Sequence record: KJ019086.1
Direction: 5' to 3' (one strand)
DNA: 64,000 bases
Below are positions 26,957 to 35,771 of the stretch, in pieces. The translations under genes and the position numbers were made by a program. The stretch's first letter is position 1, and each line of letters opens with the position of its first letter. The notes beneath the pieces were generated by a model. That model had not been told where the DNA came from, ran no database searches, and worked only from the letters and a program-made list of their open reading frames with translations.

Positions 26957-29767
26957 ATGGGTAATCTACACAAATGGTTTTCAGGTTCCAAGTCCAAAGA
27001 CGGCAAGTCTGGATGGGTGAATGTAAAGACTGGTGGTACCTGTGCAAGTGATGAACCCGGAGAGGGCACACCCAAGTGTGTGTCTTCATCTAAAAGAGCT
27101 AGTATGACCAAATCCGAAAGGGAGTCTGCTTCTCGTAGAAAGAAAGCTGCTGACCCTGGACAACAACAAAAGTCAGGTGCTACTAAACCAACTTACGTAT
27201 CTACCGACAAGCCTAAGAAGATGAAAAAAGAACATTTTTCTAATTGGAGGGATGATACACCAGAACCAATGGTCAATGAACTCTTTGGATTGGGTAAGAA
27301 GAAGGAAAAGAAAAACAACGGTTCTGGTGGTTCTTTCTCAGCTTCTACGGCAGAGGCGAATGCTAGATCCAGGGGGTGGAAACCTGAAAACGAAAAACCA
27401 AAACCCATGGGTGCTTTTGGTCCAGAAAAGGGAACGAGTAAATCCCCAGACCAATTCAGAAATGTGAAGAAAGCTTTGGGTATTCGTCCAAAACCAGAAC
27501 CCAAAGTTACAAGTCAAACAAAACCAGAACCCAAAGTTACAAGTCAAACAAAACCAGAACCCAAAGTTACAAGTCAAACAAAAACAGATCCTACACCCAA
27601 GTCCAATCCATATTCTGGAAAGGATAAGTTAAAACCCCAAAGTTTTAGTACTGCAGTTAAATCTGGTACTAAAATGAAAAAGAGTACTCCATCAGCCCCA
27701 GGTAAAATTGTGACTCAACAAGGTAATCAAAAAGAGCAGTTTTCTAACTGGAGAGATAACTACGTAGCCACTGAGCACGAGTTCATCGATCTCATCAAAC
27801 CAGAACCTATGGTAGGCATTTCAGAAACCAAGGAAGGTCAGATGAAAGCTGGTAGGGAGCAGTATAAGAAAGAGAAGGAGGAAGGTCGTTATGGTGGAAC
27901 CAAACCTTCTAATGAGAGAGTCGCAAAACTCATGAAGAAGCTGAAGGAGGAGACCAAGCAAGATGGTCCCGAACCTACAACGAAACAGACTCGTGGTGCC
28001 ATGAAGAACATTCGTAGTAAAATGAATACTGCAAGTCACAAAGACCCAGATAAGAAGAAGACAAAGCAAGAACTAGCTTTCCAAAAGGCTAGAGCTAAGG
28101 CTTGGGGTATGACTGAAGGAAAGGAAGAGAAGAGAAAGGATGCAATGCCCGAGGGTGATGTTGGATATGAGATTCATAAGAAAGCAGTTGCCCAATACAA
28201 CAAACAGAACCCTAGTAAGAAGGTGAAGGAGGAAGTAGAAATCTCCGAAGAGGATAAGAAAGGTTCAGGTAGTGGTAAGAAAGACGCCTGTTACAATAAG
28301 GTGAAGGCATCAGCTTCTGTATGGCCATCAGCTTATGCTTCTGGTCGTTTAGTTCAGTGCCGTAAGAAAGGTGCTGCCAACTATGGCAAATCCAAGAATG
28401 AGGAGTTTATCAGTATTGTAGCCTCCGAGTATTTCATCAATGAAGGACTCAATGATGAGGGAGTGGCAGAACTAGTTGATTTGTTGGGACCTATTCAGTT
28501 TGGTGAATTGGTTAATGAGATTGCTGAGGGTGTAGAAGAAGATCTACTTACTGAAGCTAGAGCTGGTGGAGTTAAGATTGAACCCAAGAATAAGTCTGGT
28601 ACTAGAGTTTCAGATCTATCCAAGGGAGCTAGAACTAGAGCTATTAACACACTCCGTAAAGAGAAGGCAGCTAAGAGAGCTGGTGAAGGTGAAGGTGGCA
28701 AGGGCAGTCTAAAGGACTCCCTAAAATCACAAGCAAAGGCAGCTAAGAAACCAGAACCCAAAAAGGCTAAGAAGGAAGAACCCAAAAAGGAAGCAGCTAA
28801 ACCAGCAGTTGAGAAGGCTAAAGCCACTCAACCTAAGAAGAGAGGTTTCTTAGATTCTGTAGCCCGTCAAGTTAATAAGGGTATGGATCGTCATAGAAAG
28901 GCAATGGAACTAGCCCGTGAAACTGGTAAGGTAGCTAAGAAGGCAGCCAATATTGGTGGTCAAGTTGCTAAAGGTGCAGTTCAAGGTGTTAAGGACACCG
29001 CCAAGACAACCAAAAACGTAGCTGATAAACTAAAAGAAGAATACGTATTGGTTGTATCTGAAGAGTGGAAGCCTGACCCCACTGAGAAACGTGAAAAGAA
29101 AGCTGCTAAGCTAGGTAGGGATGAAGAGATCGAGAAAGGCAAGTCCAAGAAATATGGACGCGATGAATCCAAGATTGACAAACTCTACAAGCGTCGTATG
29201 GCTGTTCAGTTCAAAAAGAAAATGAGTGAGGAAAGACTAGACGAACTCAAGTGTTGGAAAGGTTACAAGCGTAAGAAGGGTTCTACACCTGGAGCTCCTG
29301 GTTCCTGTGTGAAAGAAGGTTTCTCCAGTTGGAGAGACGACCTTGACCTTATGGAAGGTGTTGCAGCTTGGCAACGTAAGTTTGTTTCTGAAGAATCCAA
29401 AAGAGAACTTCAGATTCGTGCTTCGAAGGGTGACAAGGCAGCCATGAAGAAACTTCATCAACTTCGTGCCGATGGTAAGATTGGTAAAGAACCTGGTTTT
29501 GAACCTAAGAGAGATCTTCCTGAAGGTGCAGCATGGACACGTAAAGAGGGAAAGAATAAAGCCGGGGGGCTTAACGAGAAGGGACGTAAGTCTTACGAAC
29601 GAGAGAACCCCGGCAGTGACCTCAAAGCACCACAACCTGAGGGTGGTAGTCGCAAGAAGTCGTTTTGCGCACGTATGAGCGGAATGAAGAAGAAACTAAC
29701 CTCTTCTAAGACTGCTAACGATCCCGATTCAAGAATCAATAAGTCACTAAGAAAATGGAACTGCTGA
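26957..29767 (+). CDS. Modular K/E-rich 936-aa protein, likely internal head (core) polyprotein
   Basis: Contains modules seen in cyanophage gp16-gp17 interval proteins (GNLHKWF...GGTCAS; KKDACYNKVKA..VWPSAYASG.LVQCRKKG; AAWTRKEGKN..GGLNEKGRKSY...SFCARM...WNC) separated by xxE motifs. Confidence 0.8.
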   Translation: MGNLHKWFSGSKSKDGKSGWVNVKTGGTCASDEPGEGTPKCVSSSKRASMTKSERESASRRKKAADPGQQQKSGATKPTYVSTDKPKKMKKEHFSNWRDDTPEPMVNELFGLGKKKEKKNNGSGGSFSASTAEANARSRGWKPENEKPKPMGAFGPEKGTSKSPDQFRNVKKALGIRPKPEPKVTSQTKPEPKVTSQTKPEPKVTSQTKTDPTPKSNPYSGKDKLKPQSFSTAVKSGTKMKKSTPSAPGKIVTQQGNQKEQFSNWRDNYVATEHEFIDLIKPEPMVGISETKEGQMKAGREQYKKEKEEGRYGGTKPSNERVAKLMKKLKEETKQDGPEPTTKQTRGAMKNIRSKMNTASHKDPDKKKTKQELAFQKARAKAWGMTEGKEEKRKDAMPEGDVGYEIHKKAVAQYNKQNPSKKVKEEVEISEEDKKGSGSGKKDACYNKVKASASVWPSAYASGRLVQCRKKGAANYGKSKNEEFISIVASEYFINEGLNDEGVAELVDLLGPIQFGELVNEIAEGVEEDLLTEARAGGVKIEPKNKSGTRVSDLSKGARTRAINTLRKEKAAKRAGEGEGGKGSLKDSLKSQAKAAKKPEPKKAKKEEPKKEAAKPAVEKAKATQPKKRGFLDSVARQVNKGMDRHRKAMELARETGKVAKKAANIGGQVAKGAVQGVKDTAKTTKNVADKLKEEYVLVVSEEWKPDPTEKREKKAAKLGRDEEIEKGKSKKYGRDESKIDKLYKRRMAVQFKKKMSEERLDELKCWKGYKRKKGSTPGAPGSCVKEGFSSWRDDLDLMEGVAAWQRKFVSEESKRELQIRASKGDKAAMKKLHQLRADGKIGKEPGFEPKRDLPEGAAWTRKEGKNKAGGLNEKGRKSYERENPGSDLKAPQPEGGSRKKSFCARMSGMKKKLTSSKTANDPDSRINKSLRKWNC
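27491..27580 (+). repeat. Perfect tandem repeat, 3 x 30 bp (KPEPKVTSQT x3)
   Basis: aaaccagaacccaaagttacaagtcaaaca occurs three times head-to-tail in frame. Confidence 0.97.
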
Positions 29768-29873
29768 GAACCGCCCTGTCCCACACTTGGTTTGTGGGAA
29801 TTTTGTCATACTTACTGGTAACAATTCCCGTTATTGGAATTGATATAATCCACAGACAAGAAAACAACTAACA

Positions 29874-31085
29874 ATGTCTATCCTAACTCACACTAATAAT
29901 AACTACGAAAGGTACGATGAGGACAATGTTCTAGCGTCACCTCAGCCTGCATTTAGGAGTGAGAGTATGGATGCAGTTGGTTGGACTAATTTTACCTGGA
30001 AAGATTTTGATGGTGATTATGTCAAGACTCTAGTGGGTGGTGGTATAACTTCTATTAATGAGTATGTGAAGAGAGACGTAGATAATAATATAGTCACTCA
30101 ACCCCAATACATCAGGCACGATATAGACAATAACCCAGTAGGTAGTTTGAATCCACTAGAAATTGTAGGTGTTGGTAATATCACAGCACCTAACGGATTT
30201 GCTGTCGGTAGGGATATGGCTGGTCAGGTTGCTGGTTATCAGGGTGGTACTGAACCCATCACTGTTGAAGGTCAGTTACAGAAACAAGAAACCCCTGGTG
30301 GTGCTTGGATTGGTATTAGTCCTTGGACGGCAGTTGATACTGCAGTAAAAGAAATAGACTCTTCTTTGGTGGGAGCTAAACTTCGTATTTCTACTAGAAT
30401 TCAAGATGCCATAATCGCTCCATCATATCTCACTACCAATACTCCTGCTTCGGATGTTGTTGTTGGTGAGATGACTCCCGATGTGAAAGGTACTCTTACT
30501 TCTAGTGGAGCGGACCCTGCATATCCAGGAGATGTACTTACTCAGACAGAAGGCACTATAACCGGTGGTATCGCTCCATTTGCTAAGTCATATCAATGGT
30601 TTAGAAGAGAAACTGGCACCACGAATGCGTATGCATTCTTTGGTGCTCCAGATGGATTGACTTATACTATTCAGTATAGTGATATTGGTTATGATGTTAA
30701 AGCAAGAACTAGGTGGCAAGATTCATATAACTATCTTAGAACCGTCGGTACGATTCCAAACCACATTGAGGTTATAGCAGAACCACTAGAATTGGTATCA
30801 AAGGGAACTCTCGATGGAGTTGGTCAGTCAGGCACAGTCCTAACACAAACTGCAGCAGTATTCAGTGGTGGTGTTCCCCCATTCACTTATAGATATGAAT
30901 GGGTTAGGAGAGTGACTGGTGAGTCTGGATTCTTCGAGTTTGGTGCTCCAGATGGTCTTCAGTATATTATTAGGTCTTCTGATATCGGTTATGATATTAG
31001 AGGAAGAACCGAAATCTTTGACTCCCTAGGAAATTCGAAGAGTAGTAGTTCTACTATTCCTGGAGATGTTTCAGTAACATCATAA
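29874..31085 (+). CDS. Probable virion surface protein with two tandem Ig-like repeats (403 aa)
   Basis: Duplicated module W.RR.TG...F.FGAPDGL.Y.I..SDIGYD...RT at about 30595-30720 and 30898-31020, plus three N-terminal Y.R.D.DN..V motifs. Confidence 0.6.
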   Translation: MSILTHTNNNYERYDEDNVLASPQPAFRSESMDAVGWTNFTWKDFDGDYVKTLVGGGITSINEYVKRDVDNNIVTQPQYIRHDIDNNPVGSLNPLEIVGVGNITAPNGFAVGRDMAGQVAGYQGGTEPITVEGQLQKQETPGGAWIGISPWTAVDTAVKEIDSSLVGAKLRISTRIQDAIIAPSYLTTNTPASDVVVGEMTPDVKGTLTSSGADPAYPGDVLTQTEGTITGGIAPFAKSYQWFRRETGTTNAYAFFGAPDGLTYTIQYSDIGYDVKARTRWQDSYNYLRTVGTIPNHIEVIAEPLELVSKGTLDGVGQSGTVLTQTAAVFSGGVPPFTYRYEWVRRVTGESGFFEFGAPDGLQYIIRSSDIGYDIRGRTEIFDSLGNSKSSSSTIPGDVSVTS

Positions 31086-31114
31086 CCCCTACATAAGGTA
31101 GGTATAATATTATT

Positions 31115-32761
31115 ATGGCGGATACTAAGTATCTTGGGAATCCAAACCTGAAGAAGGCGAACGTTGCTGTCAACTTCACTTTGGAACAGGTGAAGGAGTA
31201 TGTTAGATGTAAAGAAGACCCAATCTTTTTTGCCAGGAACTACATTAAGATTGTGTCCCTGGACCATGGTCTTGTGCCATTTAAGTTGTATGATTTCCAG
31301 GAAGACTTAGTTAGAAGTTTCCATGAGAAGAGATTTACTATCTGTAAGATGCCTAGACAGACAGGTAAGTCTACAACCTGTGTGGCGTTTCTTCTCCACT
31401 ACTTGGTATTCAATGATAATGTCAACGTCGGTATCCTAGCAAACAAAGCAGCAACTGCTAGAGAGATTCTAGGACGACTACAGATTGCATATGAAAACTT
31501 ACCGTCGTGGATGCAACACGGTATTGTTTCTTGGAATAAAGGTTCAGTGGAGTTGGAGAATGGCAGTAAGATATTGGCAGCTTCTACGTCTGCAAGTGCT
31601 GTCCGAGGTATGTCTTTTAATATCATCTTCCTCGATGAATTTGCGTTCGTTCAGAACAATATTGCAGAGCAGTTCTTTGCCTCTGTTTATCCTACTATTA
31701 CTTCTGGTAAATCAACGAAAGTAATCATCGTTTCCACGCCACATGGTATGAACCACTTCTACCGAATGTGGCATGATGCTGAGAGGGGTATAAATGAGTA
31801 CAATCCAATTGAAGTTCACTGGTCTCAGGTACCGGGAAGAGACTCCATATGGAAAGAACAAACTATTAAGAACACTTCTGCTGAACAGTTCAAGGTTGAG
31901 TTTGAGTGTGAGTTCATTGGTTCTGTTGATACTTTGATTGCTCCATCTGTTCTCAGGGCGATGGAATACAGAGAACCAATTAGGAAGCAAAAGAGTTTAG
32001 ATATATTCTACGAACCAGAAAAAGATAACATCTATGTAATCACCGTAGATGTCGCCAGAGGGGTCGGAAAGGATTACTCTGCCTTTGTGGTGTTTGATGT
32101 CACAAAGTTCCCCTACAAGGTCGTGGCGAAGTATAGAGACAACGAAATCAAGCCAATGGTATTCCCCAGTATCATTGAGAGGGTGGCAAAGTCATATAAT
32201 AGGGCGTGGTGTCTTATTGAGGTGAATGATATTGGTGACCAAGTTGCCTCTATCCTAAACTATGATTTGGAGTATCCCAACCTCATGATGTGTGCTATGA
32301 GAGGTAGGGCTGGTCAGCAACTAGGTGCGGGTTTCAGTGGGTCCAAGACTCAGTTGGGTGTGAAGATGAGTGTTGCCACCAAGAAACTAGGTTGCTCCAA
32401 CCTCAAGACTCTGGTGGAGGAAACTAAACTAATCTTTGAAGACTACAATATTGTTCAGGAACTGACGACCTTTATTCAAAAGAACAACTCATTCCAAGCG
32501 GAAGAGGGGTGTAATGATGACTTGGCTATGTGCTTGGTTATCTTCTCTTGGGTAGTGGCTCAGGACTACTTCAAAGAGATGACTAACAATGATGTGAGAA
32601 AGGAGATATACAATGAAAAGGAGAACCAGATTGAACAGGATATGTCACCATTTGGTTTCTTCTCTGACGGAACTGAAGAGGGTACCTTTGTAGATAATAG
32701 TGGGGACGTGTGGCACACTGATGAATATGGGGATATGAGCCACATGTGGGAATATATGTAG
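31115..32761 (+). CDS. gp17: Terminase large subunit gp17
   Basis: YLGNPNLKK, Walker A PRQTGKST, IIFLDEFAF, STPHGMNHFY, nuclease DVARG and NDDLAM; no intein. Confidence 0.98.
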   Translation: MADTKYLGNPNLKKANVAVNFTLEQVKEYVRCKEDPIFFARNYIKIVSLDHGLVPFKLYDFQEDLVRSFHEKRFTICKMPRQTGKSTTCVAFLLHYLVFNDNVNVGILANKAATAREILGRLQIAYENLPSWMQHGIVSWNKGSVELENGSKILAASTSASAVRGMSFNIIFLDEFAFVQNNIAEQFFASVYPTITSGKSTKVIIVSTPHGMNHFYRMWHDAERGINEYNPIEVHWSQVPGRDSIWKEQTIKNTSAEQFKVEFECEFIGSVDTLIAPSVLRAMEYREPIRKQKSLDIFYEPEKDNIYVITVDVARGVGKDYSAFVVFDVTKFPYKVVAKYRDNEIKPMVFPSIIERVAKSYNRAWCLIEVNDIGDQVASILNYDLEYPNLMMCAMRGRAGQQLGAGFSGSKTQLGVKMSVATKKLGCSNLKTLVEETKLIFEDYNIVQELTTFIQKNNSFQAEEGCNDDLAMCLVIFSWVVAQDYFKEMTNNDVRKEIYNEKENQIEQDMSPFGFFSDGTEEGTFVDNSGDVWHTDEYGDMSHMWEYM

Positions 32762-32779
32762 TTCTAAAATACATATTTC

Positions 32780-32787
32780 TATAAATA
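32780..32787 (+). promoter_or_regulatory. Late promoter TATAAATA
   Basis: Exact consensus upstream of gp18. Confidence 0.8.
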
Positions 32788-32829
32788 TTTCTAGATTAAT
32801 TTCGGACTTTCAAAAGGGAGAACCAAAAG

Positions 32830-35025
32830 ATGCCAGTAAACTTAGCATCGCCCGGAATTGTCGTAAGAGAGGTGGACCTTACCCTAGGTAATGTACAGAC
32901 TTCTACGGACAAGACCGGCGCAATTGTTGCCTCTTTCGCAAGAGGACCTGTTGATAAGCCAACCCTAATCGCAAGCGAGAACGAGCTTCTCGATGTCTTC
33001 GGACAACCCTCATCTACTGATAGGCAGTATGAAGGATGGCTATCCATTTCTTCTTATTTGTCATATGGCGGTATTATGCAGGTTGTTCGTTCTGACAACG
33101 AGAAACTCAATAATAGCTTTGTGGGCACGGCCAGCAGCATTAAAATTAAAAGCTTAGAGGATTATAACGATCTAGCTTATGATGAGAACCAGATTCCTGG
33201 TGTCACGGTAGCATCCAGAAACCCAGGATCCTGGGCAAACGGTATTAAGGTAGCGTTTATTGATGGTAAAGCTGACCAATATGTCAGTTCAGTGGGTCTT
33301 GGCACTTCAGCCACTTCTTCCATTGCTCTAGGACAGGGTGTAATTCAAACTATCAGCAAAGTTGCTGCTGGTGCGGGCACTACACAATTAGTAGAAGGAG
33401 ACCTTAAGGGTATTATTACTGGAGTAAACACCTCCACGGATCAACTAGAAGTTAAAGTCCTTTCATTCACTCCCTCAACTGGTTCAAACGCAGGCGTACA
33501 ATTCGAAGTTGATTATCAACAGGGTGGTACTTGGTCGTTTGTAACTGGACTCTTCCAGGTATATTCTAGCGTAGGTCTAGTGACCTCAGTAGTAGCCGGT
33601 GGAGCATCAGATTGGTTTGATGATCAAACTATCTCCGTTCAAGGTGGTAGAACAACAGTTAATTGGAACTCCCTAGCCAACAGACCAACCACAACTGAGT
33701 TCGCAAGAACTAGAAACGCTCGTTTCGATGAATTCCACATTGTCATTTTTGATGACACAGGTGATGTTACTGGTAATGCCGGTACCATTCTAGAGAAGAA
33801 TATTGGAATGTCCAAGGGTACAGATGCTGAGTTCTCAGCTGGTACTCCTTCTTACTGGAGAAAGTATCTAGCTAACACTTCTTCTTATCTCTTTGGTGGA
33901 TCATCCCCAGTTGGTGTTGTTACAACTTCCTTTGAGCCCGATAACGGTAATGGTTTCGTTCCTGAAACTGGCGGTGAGTGGGATCAACAGACCCGTAATA
34001 AGAACTTCTATTCCTGTGGTAACCTAGCGGTAACTATGGAGGGTGGTAAGAACTACGACGGTGGAACTGATATCGATGCAATCGGTGCGTTAAGAGTAGA
34101 TGTTGGTGATATCGCAGCAGGTTACGACAACTTTGAGTCCGATGACGAGACTGATATTGATTTCCTAATTATGGGATCAGCAGCCTACAACGAACCTGAA
34201 ACTCAGTCACTAGCTAACAAGATCATCTCGATCGCAGAACTACGTAAGGACGCTATGGCGTTCATTTCACCTTACAGAGGTTCTCAGATTACTGATTCTG
34301 GATCAGGTGCTCAGGTTACTATCAACTCTAACAAGATTACTGATAACCTAATCAGTTTCTACTCAACTGTAGCTTCTTCCAGTTACGCCGTATTGGACAC
34401 TGGTTACAAGTACATGTATGATAGGTTCGCAGACAAGTTCAGATATGTTCCTATGAACGGGGACATCGCTGGATGTTGTGCAAGAACCGATCAAGTAGCT
34501 TTCCCTTGGTTCTCACCAGCAGGAACTACAAGAGGAGCAATCCTCAATGGTGTAAGACTAGCTTACAACCCAACACAACAACAGAGAGATCGCCTCTACT
34601 CCGCTAGAATCAATCCTGTCATCTTCGCTAATGATGTTGGTGGTATTGTTCTCTTCGGTGATAAGACAGCCCTATCAGCCTCTTCCGCTTTCGATAGAAT
34701 CAACGTTCGTCGTTTGTTTATCTACGTAGAAGACGCTGTTAGTTCAGCCGCCAAGGATCAACTCTTTGAATTTAACGATGAAGTTACTAGAACTAACTTC
34801 GTGAATATTGTAGAACCTTTCCTTCGTGATGTTCAAGCGAAAAGAGGTATTACAGACTTCATTGTAGTTTGTGACGAAACCAATAACACACCTGCTGTTG
34901 TTGATAGAAACGAGTTCGTCGCTGACATCTTCATCAAACCAACCCGTTCCATTAACTTCATCGGTCTAACGTTTGTTGCTACCCGCACTGGCGTAAGTTT
35001 CGAAGAGGTTGTTGGTACTGTTTAA
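32830..35025 (+). CDS. gp18: Tail sheath protein gp18
   Basis: LASPGIVVREVDLT, PWFSPAG..RG, FDRINVRRLF, FEFNDEVTR, IFIKPTRSINFI. Confidence 0.98.
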   Translation: MPVNLASPGIVVREVDLTLGNVQTSTDKTGAIVASFARGPVDKPTLIASENELLDVFGQPSSTDRQYEGWLSISSYLSYGGIMQVVRSDNEKLNNSFVGTASSIKIKSLEDYNDLAYDENQIPGVTVASRNPGSWANGIKVAFIDGKADQYVSSVGLGTSATSSIALGQGVIQTISKVAAGAGTTQLVEGDLKGIITGVNTSTDQLEVKVLSFTPSTGSNAGVQFEVDYQQGGTWSFVTGLFQVYSSVGLVTSVVAGGASDWFDDQTISVQGGRTTVNWNSLANRPTTTEFARTRNARFDEFHIVIFDDTGDVTGNAGTILEKNIGMSKGTDAEFSAGTPSYWRKYLANTSSYLFGGSSPVGVVTTSFEPDNGNGFVPETGGEWDQQTRNKNFYSCGNLAVTMEGGKNYDGGTDIDAIGALRVDVGDIAAGYDNFESDDETDIDFLIMGSAAYNEPETQSLANKIISIAELRKDAMAFISPYRGSQITDSGSGAQVTINSNKITDNLISFYSTVASSSYAVLDTGYKYMYDRFADKFRYVPMNGDIAGCCARTDQVAFPWFSPAGTTRGAILNGVRLAYNPTQQQRDRLYSARINPVIFANDVGGIVLFGDKTALSASSAFDRINVRRLFIYVEDAVSSAAKDQLFEFNDEVTRTNFVNIVEPFLRDVQAKRGITDFIVVCDETNNTPAVVDRNEFVADIFIKPTRSINFIGLTFVATRTGVSFEEVVGTV

Positions 35026-35065
35026 TTCACTTCTACCTAAACAAATTTTCAAGGAGCAACCCTAA

Positions 35066-35662
35066 ATGGCAAGCACAAGATCTCAGGTAGAGTCCCCAGT
35101 ATTGAGGACGCTGAGTGACTTTAAAGCAAAAATGACTGGTGGCGGTGCCCGCCCCAATCTATTTGAAGTCGTTCTTCAGTTCCCAATCTCAGCACCTACC
35201 GATACCGATACACTACAGAAAACACGTTTCTTAGTTAAGGCAGCTGCACTCCCCGCTTCAAACATTGGTCCCATCGAAGTTCCCTTCCGTGGTCGTGTTT
35301 TGAAACTAGCAGGTGACAGAACTTTCGATACCTGGACTATTACAGTTCTAAACGACACGGATTTCTCAATTCGTTCAGCGTTCGAGAAGTGGATGAACTC
35401 CATGAATCGTATGGAAGACGCAACTGGTACTCAGGATCCAGCTTTCTATCAGTCAGACGCATATGTCTATCAGTTAGACAGAGATGGTTCAACTCTACGT
35501 ACCTATCGTTTCCACGACGTGTTCCCCAATAACCTATCTTCTATGGATCTCAACTATGAGACCACAGATCAAATCCACGAATTCACAGTGGAAATGCAGG
35601 TTCAGTGGTGGGAAGCAATCAGAGGAACCGGACGTAATGCCGGTGGTGAAGATATCTTCTAA
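35066..35662 (+). CDS. gp19: Tail tube protein gp19
   Basis: GGGARPNLFEV, PFRGRVLKLAGDRTFDTW, EFTVEMQVQWW. Confidence 0.97.
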   Translation: MASTRSQVESPVLRTLSDFKAKMTGGGARPNLFEVVLQFPISAPTDTDTLQKTRFLVKAAALPASNIGPIEVPFRGRVLKLAGDRTFDTWTITVLNDTDFSIRSAFEKWMNSMNRMEDATGTQDPAFYQSDAYVYQLDRDGSTLRTYRFHDVFPNNLSSMDLNYETTDQIHEFTVEMQVQWWEAIRGTGRNAGGEDIF

Positions 35663-35678
35663 ACCTAGTTCAGCACAA

Positions 35679-35709
35679 GAGACCTCCTCAAAAAGGGGGG
35701 TCTTTTTTT
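35679..35709 (+). terminator. Rho-independent terminator after gp19
   Basis: GC-rich stem gacctcct/aggggggtc with short A-rich loop, followed by a T-run. Confidence 0.85.
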
Positions 35710-35714
35710 ATGCG

Positions 35715-35721
35715 CTAAATA
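35715..35721 (+). promoter_or_regulatory. Late promoter variant CTAAATA
   Basis: Just after the terminator, upstream of the portal gene. Confidence 0.65.
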
Positions 35722-35771
35722 TATTCACGGGTCGTACCCATACATGTTATTATAGGAAGAAAATACTCGTT

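Noticed and set aside
27491-27580. CRISPR-like array
   Set aside because: The repeats are contiguous with no spacers, are in frame within a CDS, and there are no cas genes.
35484-35771. 96-aa N-terminal extension of portal gp20
   Set aside because: It overlaps gp19, a terminator and a late promoter; the conserved start MGRLFGF is at 35772.
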